Below the pieces are notes generated by a model. It saw only the letters and a list, made by a program, of their open reading frames with translations, made no database searches and was not told the origin of the DNA. This document shows positions 1-10,188 of a stretch of 64,000 nucleotides of DNA, one piece after another. Where the stretch lies: the NCBI GenBank assembly GCA_043228905.1, contig JBHGNT010000011.1, positions 9,858,001-9,922,000 on the forward strand. Reading direction: 5' to 3'. This DNA is from Azolla caroliniana (lineage: Eukaryota > Plantae > Polypodiophyta). Numbering within the stretch: position 1 is the first letter of the stretch; each line of letters opens with the position of its first letter. A program made the translations under genes and the position numbers.

Positions 1-392
1 GGTGGATGTGAGAGGAGATACATGGTTCAATCTCTTTGACGAGGTTGGAACAGTTAATTTGTTGAAGGGCTTGAGCGGATCTGGAGGAGCTACATTATTT
101 GGGGAGAGCCAAAGTAGGAGCACTTGGCATCCAATCCAAGTGGTGGCGCAGGCTGGTAACAACTAGAGTACGAACCCTGATGTTGCTAAGGTGGAACCCC
201 ACTAGAAGTTGTGGGTCTATGGTCGTCATCCCCTCGTAGAACTAGAATGGAACCCAAGGGATTTCAAGTGGAAACACTACGGTAGATTACACCATTTCTT
301 AGATTATGTAACACTAAATTGGGTCGAGCTTCACAACTATAGTTGGACGGTCCCCTACACAATGGTTGGCAGACATTAGGTATCCCTAACGA

Positions 393-525
393 GGTGTTTA
401 GTACCTTTTGGAAAGGTCTTTGGTGTCTCCATGTGCTTGAGAAGATCAAGCTATTTTGGTGTTTAGTACCTTTTGGAAAGGTCTCTGGTGTCTCCATGTG
501 CTTGAGAAGATCAAGCTATTTTGGT
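393..525. repeat. 65-bp tandem duplication (2 copies)
   Basis: GGTGTTTAGTACCTTTTGGAAAGGTCT...GAAGATCAAGCTATTTT starts at 393 and again at 458, nearly identical. Confidence 0.9.
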
Positions 526-580
526 GGTAGATCGACCATAACGTCATCCCATGGCTAGGTAAACGTTGTGGTCTAATAGC

Positions 581-1057
581 TGTTATGATATGGCAAGACT
601 CGAACCCATGACATTATGTGACATGGGTCGAGTTCTTGGCCATTACACTATCTATTGTAATACGTAAGATATTCTTTTTATTTTTATTTTACTATAGAAA
701 ATTAATGTATATTCCAGATTTCTCTGGAACATTCTAGAAGCTTCAGGACTACTCCTGAGAACACTATAAAAGGAGGCACAAGGCATTATTTCGAACCAAA
801 TCGGTTCAACGCCAGTCTTAAGCCTCCTAGCCTTCTTTGTATATTCTTCTCACATAATATATCACTGTCATCGTCATTTTCTCTCCCTCGATCTCTCACT
901 CACTCACTCTCACTCACTCACTCACTCTCTCTCCCGCTCTCTCTCTCTCTCTCTCTCTCTCTCCTTCTCTTGAGTGTTCTACACCCTCTATTCCTCTTAG
1001 TACTAATATTCCTCTCTTAGTACTAATTTCTTCTCTGTCTCAGTACTATTCCTAACA
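581..1057 (+). repeat. 5' LTR of chromovirus copy 1 (477 bp)
   Basis: TG...CA termini. Matches 6106-6376 and, in reverse, 29657-29730 and about 33985-34287. TATA box at 765, (CT)n tract in U5. Confidence 0.9.
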
Positions 1058-1071
1058 GTTGGAACCGATTT
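1058..1071 (+). promoter_or_regulatory. Non-tRNA-Met primer-binding site, complementary to LTR positions 798-810 (putative self-priming)
   Basis: GTTGGAACCGATTT lies directly after the LTR. The reverse complement of AAATCGGTTCAAC (798-810) is GTTGAACCGATTT, differing by one bulged G. Confidence 0.75.
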
Positions 1072-1210
1072 CCCTCCTTCCGTCTCCTCCTTTCCTCCTC
1101 TTCCTTTTATCTTCTTACATATCCCCTTTTTTCATGTCTTTTTTCCAATTTCCCTCATCTTCTTACCCCTTTTTTCCCTTCATACTAATCCTCTTATCCT
1201 CCCTAGTAAA

Positions 1211-2348
1211 ATGGAAATTGTTAGCGCTCAGGAATACCAATTTGTTTTCTTGGAGCTCCAGTGCTTAAAAGAGAAATTTGTAGTACTAGAACAAGAAAAT
1301 CACCGTTTGTTGGGGGATCTTCAACAAATAGCGCTGGAAAAACAACAACACGGGGAGCTGACGTTACGTGTACAACAACTTGAAGCGACTATTGTATCAC
1401 TACAACAACAAGGATCAAGCACTCAAGGGATTCACAAAGAACCTAAGATCGGTCTTCCTGCAAAATTTGATGGGACCCGATCAAAGTTTAGAGGTTTTCT
1501 GAATCAGGTACGTTTAGTGATTCAAATGCATCCTTCTCAATATCCCACCGAGGCATCACGAGTGGGACTAGTAGGCACTCTACTTAATGGCTCAGCATTG
1601 GCATGGTTCGCTCCGTTGTTAGAAAAGGAATCTCCATTACTAAACAATTTTGAAGAATTTATAAGTGAGTTTAAAGCCTGTTTTGGAGATACTAATAGCA
1701 TAAGGACAACAATCAACAAAATCCAACGATTACACCAAGTTGATCGTCCAGCCTCCGCATACGTTGCAGATTTCCGCCTACTCGCCATCGATATCCCTTG
1801 GGATGATCAAGCATTGATGGAGCAATTTCGTTATGGTTTACGCAACGATGTCAAGGATTTACTCTTGACCTTCCTCGAAGAACCAAAGTCATTAACATAA
1901 GCAATCAGTCATGCGGTGAGATGCGACAACCATCTTTTCGAATGATGTTTGGAACGGCAATTCCAGATGCCGAGGGCAAGATCAGAGCCCACCTACGCCT
2001 CAGTGGTAGTGAAACCTTTTCCGAGGGAGTCATATAATGTGTCTCCAGTGAATACTCCGACTCCGATGGAGATTAACACTACACGTCGTCACGGACGATT
2101 ATCGGAAGAAGAAAAGCAGCGACGTCGAGCAAATCGACTGTCTTTATTGCGGTGGACCAGGGCATATTGTAGTAAATTGTCCCCATAGACCAAGAAGACA
2201 GGTAAACCAAATAGTTGCTAGTTATAATTGTACTAAACCCGAGTCTATTTCAATAGGAATATATGATAGTCTTAATAGTACTAATAGCCCAAATCTAGCG
2301 AACAAATTTGACGTCCTTAGTCAGTTAGAAGAAGAGTTAAACGACTAA
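1211..2348 (+). pseudogene. gag: Chromovirus gag (coiled coil, capsid, CCHC knuckle), disrupted
   Basis: ORFs 1211-1900 and 1949-2188. A small deletion relative to copy 2 shifts the frame just before CLYCGGPGH. The restored frame ends GAG TTA AAC GAC TAA at 2348. Confidence 0.85.
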
Positions 2349-2380
2349 GTCCAGCCAAAATGGGAGATGTTTGGTTGGAC
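2336..2380 (+). promoter_or_regulatory. Putative -1 ribosomal frameshift signal (slippery G TTA AAC, 6-nt spacer, 11-bp hairpin)
   Basis: GTTAAAC at 2336-2342 is in gag codon phase. Stem GTCCAGCCAAA (2349-2359) pairs with TTTGGTTGGAC (2370-2380). Pol is open in the -1 frame. The motif is conserved on the minus strand at 37743-37787. Confidence 0.75.
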
Positions 2381-5300
2381 AACCCTAGATCTGTGCAGCC
2401 CATTAGTGGTTCCATTCCCTCTAAGCAAGTTAACAATGTGTTCGTAGCCCAAGTAACAGTTAGTACTAAAAGTACCCCTCCAATACATGTCTTAGCACTT
2501 CTAGATTCTGAAGCTAATTCTTGCTTCATGGATAGGAATTTTTCCCAAGCTCATCACATATCTCTCAGAAAACTCTCGTGTCCAGCCTCTGTAGTAGTCA
2601 TTGATGGTCGTCCCATTGCTTCTGGAAATATCATAGAAGAGTCAGAGCTCGTTAATATTGTCCTAGATAATCTAGCGTGTGTAGTATCATTTACTATAAT
2701 TAGTATCCCAGCACATCCCATTGTTTTAGGATTACCATGGTTCGAATTACATAACCCAGACATAGATTTGAGAACAAGAGAAATCCGGTATCGACAAGCC
2801 CAAGGATCTACTCATAAGATTGCAACCATTTCGCTACATCAGTTGCGGGAAGAAGGACGCAAGGAAGAAATGTTTCTCTTCGCAATATCAGTAAAACCCT
2901 CTGACACCACTAAAGAGGAGTCCATCGTTCAACTTCTAAAGAAGTATCATCATTATGCCGATGTGTTCGATAAAGTACAAGCCAATACGCTTCCTCACCA
3001 TCGATCGTATGATTGCCCCATCAATTTACAACCGGGAAAAGAGCCACCATGGGGACCGAGCTACAATTTGTCACCAACCGAGCTAGAAGTTCTTCAAGCC
3101 TACATAGAGGAGAATTTGGAAAATGGTTTCATTCGGCATTCGAAATCTCGAAATCTCCAATCGGCGCACCCATTTTCTTCGCCAAGAAAAAGGATGGAAC
3201 ACTTTGTCTCGTTGTAGATTATCGTGGCTTGAATAAGGTCACCATCAGAAATAGGTATGCACTTCCCCTTATCTCAAGTCTTTTAGAACGGATCAATGGT
3301 GCAAGGTTCTTCACGAAGATCGACTTACAGGGAGCATATAACCTCGTACGAATCCAACTAGGAGATGAATGGAAGACCGTGTTTCACACTAGATATGGGC
3401 ACTTCGAGTATACGGTCATGTTGTTCGGCGTCACTAATGCGCCAACAGTCTTCCAGCACATGGCAAATGATATATTTCGATATCTCTAGATGTTTGTTTG
3501 ATCATCTATTTGGATGATCTACTGGTTTATTCGAAGACCCAAGAAGAGCATGATTCTCATGTACTATTAGTACTAAAACAACTTCGAGAACATGGTCTTT
3601 ATGCAAAGCTGGAAAAATATAGTTTTAGGTGCAACCAGGTGGAATTTCTGGGCTATGTCATTTCCTCGGAAGGCATCTCCATGGATCCAGCTAAGGTCAA
3701 AATGGTGGTAGAGTGGCAAAATCCGCGTTCATTGTGAGATGTGCAATGCTTTTTAGGCTTTGTCAATTTCTACCGCAAGTTTATACAGGATTACTCAAAG
3801 CTTGTTCTGCATCTCACACAACTTACTAAGACGGGACAATCGTTCATTTGGCCTGAAGAAGCGGACATGGCTTTTGAGAATCTTAAGAAGGCATTTACAT
3901 CGGCTCCTATTCTAGCTCACGTTGATCCGGAAAAACCATTCATCATGGAAGCGAACGCGTCAGATTTCGCATTGGGTAGCATTCTGTCACAACAAGGTAG
4001 TGATGAAAAGCTACATCTTGTGGCTTTCCACTCACGCAAGTTTGACGCCACTGAAATCAACTATGAAATTCATGATAAGGCGTTATTAGCAATAGTGGAC
4101 TCTTTAACGCAATGGAGGCATTTTCTAGAGGGATCCTCTCATCAAGACACCGTATTTAGTGATCACAAAAACCTTGCCTACTTTCAAAGTGCTCATATGT
4201 TAAATCGACATCAAGCTCGGTGGGCCCAATTCCTCACGCGTTTCAACTTCAAAATTACATATTGTCCAGGGAAGCACCATGGGAAGGCAGATGCATTAAC
4301 ACGGCATTCGTATCTAGCACCGCGTCCCGGCGAGCTAGCTTTCGATAACCAAAAGCAAGTAATCTTGGGACCGGCACGACTGCAAGCAACACAGGTCTTC
4401 AACATGCCCTTGGATTCCCACGTTATCGATACCATACGTGAGGACTTGAAGATAGATACTTTCACCCAAGCCATTCTAGCACAAATTGATCCCTCTCGAG
4501 CATCTTGTTCATAGTTGCAACAACCAGGTACGGACTATCGACAATTCGAATGTCATGATGGATTACTATTCTTTAAGAAATCCTTGTATGTTCCTACTAG
4601 TTCTTGCCGCCTTCGAATAGTCCAAAACTGTCATGACACATATACAGCTAGGCATTTTGGTAGTACTAAGACATTAGATTTAGTACAACGATCATTCTGG
4701 TGGCCCTGTATGTGACAATTTGCCGAAGATTTTGTTCGAACTTGTGATACATGTTGCAGAGCAAAAATGCGAACGCATCATCCATATGGTTTATTAGAAC
4801 CATTACCAATTCCAAGCAAGCTGTGACAATCCATTGTTGTAGATTTTATCACAGATCTTCCAGTCTCTAAGGGATTCAATGCGATTTTAACAATAGTAGA
4901 TCGATATACGAAGATGGCTCATTTCCTGCCATGTACTAAGGAAATCTCCAGTGAAGAAACCGTTGAAATTGTCATGCGTGAAGTATGTTGACATCGTGGC
5001 CTTCCTGATAATATCATCAGCGACCGTGAACCCCAGTTTGTCTCGAAATTCTGGAAGCACCTTTTTAAAATGCTCAAGGTCACTTGTAACCTCTCCTCTG
5101 GCTACCACCCGCAAACCGATGGCCAAGCAGAACGAACCAATCAAATGCTAGAGCAATATCTTCGGTGCTTTTTAAGCTATCATCAGGATGACTGGGCAGA
5201 TATTCTCCACTTCACCAAATTTGCGTATAATAACTCTGTCCCCTCATCGACTAAAGTTACGTCATTTTATGCTTGCACAAGTTGTCAAAGCCGGTGGTGT

Positions 5301-6079
5301 GTATTGGAAACCCTAGAGTTCCCCACAAATCCTTGTGCAAAGGATCGTTTGGAGCGGTTACGCAAAATACAAGCAGATTTATCTACTCATCTACAACAAG
5401 CTCAACAAGCACACAACGTTTACGCGGATTGTCATCGGCTTCCATCCAATTTTAACATTGGAGATCAGGTATGGCTACTACGACGACACATCAAAACTAC
5501 TCGCCCATGCGAGAAGTTGGATTACCGGAGATTAGGTCCTTTTCGTATTATTGGAAAGATTAATGATGTCGCTTTTCGTCTTGATCTACCCCCACAACTT
5601 CGCATACATCCAGTGTTTCATAGTTCTCTCCTCGAACCCTATCAAGACAACACCATCCTAGGTTGTATTCCACAACCTCCAACCCCGATCGAGCTTGAAG
5701 ATGGACCTGAGTACGAGGTTTCCCCCATCCTCGATTCCAAGATTGTTCGCAACAAGCTCTACTATTTAGTTGATTGGCTAGGATATAGTCCCAACGAGCG
5801 TACTTGGGAACCAATAGAGAATGTGACCAATGCTCGTGCTCTTCTTCAAGACTTCCATCATCAATATCCAGACAAACCGGGTCCTCAATCCAAAACGACT
5901 CTCCACCCCTGATCGAGCTTGAAGATGGACCTGAGTACAAGGTTGCCACCATCCTCGATTCCAAGATTGTTCGCAACAAGCTCTACTATTTAGTCAATTG
6001 GCTAGGATATAGTCCCAGCGAGAGTACTTGGGAACCAATATCCAGACAAACCAGGTCCTCAATCCAAAACGACTCATGA
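2360..6079 (+). pseudogene. pol: Chromovirus pol (PR-RT-RH-INT-chromodomain), fragmented
   Basis: ORFs 2360-3217, 3013-3489, 3498-3737, 3741-4514, 4515-4715, 5070-5912 and 5804-6079 follow Gypsy domain order. Chromodomain EYEV..ILDSKIVRNKLYYLVDWLGYSPNERTWEP. Confidence 0.92.
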
Positions 6080-6376
6080 CACTCGTCGTTTTAAAGGGGG
6101 GATAGTGTCATGATATGGCAAGACTTGAACCCATGACCTCATGTTACATGGGTCGAGCTCTTGACCATTAAACTATATGTTGTAATACGAAAATTATTAT
6201 TTTCATTTAGATTTTACTATAGAAAATTGATGTATATTCCAGATTTCTCTGGAACATTCTAGAAACTTCAGGAGTACTCCTGAGAACACTATAAAAGGAG
6301 GCACAAGGCATTATTTCGAACCAAATCGGTTCAACGCCAGTCTTAAGCCTCCTAGCCTTCTTTGTATATTCTTCTC

Positions 6377-6850
6377 TTGTCCTTTGCAACATGCACGTAA
6401 ACGAGACAACCAAACACCTCCAATGCCAGTAAGACACATCTTTACCGGTTGTGGTGTCTCCTTCCAAGGGTGTTGAGGGTGATTTGTTTATCACATAGGT
6501 CGTTGTCATCAACGCCTCAGCCCAAAACGTCTTGGGTAACTTTGCATCTGCTAGCATGCTCCAGACTCTCTCCATTACTATCTGATTCATTCTCTCGACG
6601 AGCCCGTTTAGTTCCGGTATCTTCGGCACGGTGAATTCGAGCCGGATTCCCTTCGACCGGCAGTACTGCTCGAACTGCCCCCAATATTCTCCTTTGTATT
6701 CCGCTTGAATCGCCTTTAGCGTCCGGCCGGTTTCCCTTTCCACTCGCACATGGAAGTCCTTGAAGACGGATAATACCTGGTCCTTCGTCTTCATTGGTGA
6801 GACCCACAAGTTTCAGCTGTGGTCGTCTATGAACGTCACGAAGTACTGTC
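6377..6850 (-). mobile_element. Ty1/Copia integrase fragment related to the intact element at 40058-45431
   Basis: KTKDQVLSVFKDFHVRVERETG...PELNGLVERMN...LPKTFWAEA closely parallels the integrase core encoded at about 42280-42770. Confidence 0.9.
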
Positions 6851-8475
6851 GTTATTATGGAGAAGGCTCGACAATTGGCATCAGAAATGAATATTTCTAA
6901 TGATGACTTCAAAGCAACTTGGGGCTGGTTTAGGAAATTTCGTCATCGTCAATGTTTGAATACTATTAATTTATATGGTGAAGGAGGGGCAGTTGATAGA
7001 AATGACCCTAAATTGTTGGTTTCTTTGGAAAGGCTTTATGCTATAGTTAATGAGTATGATCCTAACAATGTTTACAATATGGATGAAACTGGTTTGTTTT
7101 TTCAGTTAGCTCCAAGATACACATTGCTTTTGCCTAGTGAAGATCCGACAACAATTCAAGGTAAGAAAAAATTGTTAGATAGAGTTACCTTAGTTGTTTG
7201 TTGTAATGCAACTGGAACTGAAAAAGTTCCAATTACTATGATTGGAAAGGCTAAGGAACTTGCTTGTATTGTTGGAAATTCATGGCCATTACCTTATGTA
7301 GCGCAAAGAAATGCTTGGATTGATATCCCTTGCTCTAATAAGTGGTTTGAACAAGTGTTTGTACCATTTGTTCATTCTCGAACTAATCGCAAAGTGCATT
7401 TAATCCTTGATAATGCACCTGGTCATGCCAAAGCATTTGAGCGTGATGTTATCAAGGTGATTTTTTTTCCGGCAAATGTCACATCTTGGAAGCAACCGAT
7501 GGATATGGGAATCATTGCAACTTTGAAAAAGAGGTATAAATATCATTTGATAAGAGAAATCTTGGCATATCATGATAGTCCAAATTATGTTAAGATTCGT
7601 TTGGAAGATGTTGCTAAACGTATGAGAAGAGGCTCTATTGGTTTAGCTTTTGGAAAGTCGCCACATTTGCTAGATGCTACGAATCATGTTGATTTGCTAG
7701 ATCAAGCAGGAGACAATTTTTAATTGCTATAGAAAGGCAGATATTATTCCATCATTTCGTGCTAATCATGTTGATTTAGAAGACAGTGAAATGGAAGATC
7801 AATGCATTGATGATCTTGTTGCTTTGCTATGTAATTGCAATTTGCTTGAAAATGCACATGTAGAAGAAATTCGAGATGAGATCATGGAATGTGTAAATGC
7901 AGATTCAAATGAATCAGAAAAACTTAATCAAAATCTCCTTAAAGAGATTGACGAAGTTATAACACAAGCTTCCAACACCAATGAACCACTTGCATATGAT
8001 GAAAATAATTCAGATTCTGAGTTTGTTGAGATTCAAGACACGTATGGATATTTAAAGGAAGAAGATGTGATTATTCTTGAACTCTTGAAACATATTGTTG
8101 ACTGTGAACTCATGCTCAATTCAATCACAACAACAACTTACTTGAGTTCCGAAAAAGCAAAGCAAGTACAATCAACTTTATCAAGTGCTTGTCGAATCAT
8201 TTAAGAAACAAATTCTGCAATTGTTTCTATGCGTATTGCGAAAAGTAGGCAAATGACCTTAACATGATTTGGTATAAAGAAGAGAAAGACTGAAAATCAT
8301 ATTTTTGTTGATCATTTTGTTGTTTTCTAAATGGTTGGACAAATTTCTATTTGGTTTGATGTAATTTCCTCTTGAAACAATGGAATTTCTTTGATCTGGA
8401 TTTTGACCTCTAAAAAAAACGCACTTAATAGAATGGTACACATAAGTGGACACACACTTAACCGAATGTCTACTG
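6851..8475 (+). mobile_element. pogo/Tigger-type (Tc1/mariner superfamily) DNA transposon, 5'-truncated
   Basis: ORF 6857-7723 has the end of a CENP-B HTH (ATWGWFRKFR) and DDE_1 motifs NMDETG, ILDNAPGH and QPMD (DD30D). An acidic C-terminal ORF follows at 7791-8204. The right end reads CAGTAGACATTCGGTTAAGTG on the minus strand, ends at 8475 and is followed by TA. Confidence 0.88.
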
Positions 8476-10188
8476 TACAAACATAAAACCGGTGCATATA
8501 AAAACATATATATATATACACACACACATTGCGATATATGTACACAATCTACATTGCATATACATTCCTCTTGCACTTTAACATACACTTCAACTTATAC
8601 ATAAGCATGTACACATACATACATAAAACTAATACATAAGTGAACTTATATGCTAAGAGATACTAAAAACCTACACATATATACATAGACTCAACATGCT
8701 TACATATAAGAATTCATACACACACACAGTCATACTGTCAAAGTCTATGAGATCATCTTAAGGAAGTTGGAACTAACTATAATAGAGTGTGACAAGAGTC
8801 TTAGAAGACATCTATTCAACCCAAACCCATGGTTCCTACCAATCCATAATGATTTGGTGTTGTAAACAAATAACTAATATAATGAGAAATCTATTGTGGC
8901 ATTCAAAAAGAAGTTTAATGCATCTTATCCGCCAAGCCATTTTTTTTCAATTCTTGCAACCATCTAGAATATAAAAAAATTATTTTAACTCATTTCCATG
9001 CCATACAAGTTGATAGAAGGGGTTTTTTCACTTTAAGCATGTACCCAACAACCCTTTTCATGCCCATTATTACAATGGAAGGTGTTGTCTCAAGAAATAT
9101 TTCTTGGCTTGAAGAAAAAATTATTAAGAAAACACTTAGTAAATTTTCATGTTTCTACTAATGGGATTTAAGGATGCTACAACCCCATAGAGAAACACCG
9201 GCAAAGTGCCAAAGAAATATATCTTAAGAACTCACATTTTATTTCTCCTCCAATGCACGTGTTCTCAAATGGAAGTAAGCCCTCTTCTCTTTGCTCCCAA
9301 ATCAAGTACCACATTCATTCCATCTATCTGTGATGGCAAGGAACCTCAGTCCCAAGGTATTCAAATCTTTTGGCTCATTGATGTTCTAAATGCACTACTA
9401 ATCCAAAATAGGTTTAAAACATAATCTTTGCTTAGAGCTATTGACACTCAACTCACCATACATAGAATGTTAGATGATTGGTGAGTGTGAGTACCTTGGC
9501 ACACCATGACTTTTCATGCCTCAAATATCCAACAGTTCTATCTCATCCTCAAATATCTAAATACCATTTGCCAAGGTAACTAAGGTTTAAATTTAAACAA
9601 CTAATTAGAAATCTTCTCATAATAGTCTCATTGCACTAAAGTTCACAACATAGGGAAACAAAATCATTGCAAATAAAATGCCCATTACAAGGATATAATG
9701 TCCTCCCCATGTAGGATTGCCACATTGTTGACTCCGGGGAGGAAGCTGTAAAATATATACATTTAATTGGTATAGAATTATTGTTTAACTAGTTGCTATA
9801 AGATGACTTTTACATAAGCATCAATGCTAATTATGAAATAATACAAAAGGTGGAGAAGCAAGAAAGGGGCTTCTCTGTTCTACTGAAATATTTATTCTTT
9901 CTTGTGTGGGTTAGAAAATTTTCATATTGACATGGACCATTAATGAAATATCACACAATCTAGCGGATACTCAGGAGAAACCTATAGTTAAAATATCGGA
10001 AAACCTCCTAAATTCCGCATTGAGATCTCGTAGAGAAAGACTAACAATAATACTCTTTATTTTCTACTCTTTGCTTGTGAAGGGAAAATGAGCCGATCAA
10101 AAAGCGGTAGGTGTACATTGACTTTCACCAGGTCAAAGAAACATTGACTTTAAAATGGTGAAAATGTGGGTGACTTTGACCCTTCCAA

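Larger units (their letters stand above)
581..6376 (+). mobile_element. Ty3/Gypsy chromovirus (Tcn1/Tf1-sushi-like), degenerate, 3' LTR truncated
   Basis: 5' LTR 581-1057 (TGTTATG...CCTAACA). Gag (PAKFDGTRSKFRGF, CLYCGGPGH knuckle), protease (ALLDSEA, LLDSGA in the second copy), RT (IYLDDLL), RNase H, integrase (HPQTDGQAER, GPF) and chromodomain follow. PPT AAAGGGGGGATAG ends at 6105 and the 3' LTR starts TGTCATGATATGGCAAGAC at 6106. Many stops and frameshifts. Confidence 0.95.
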
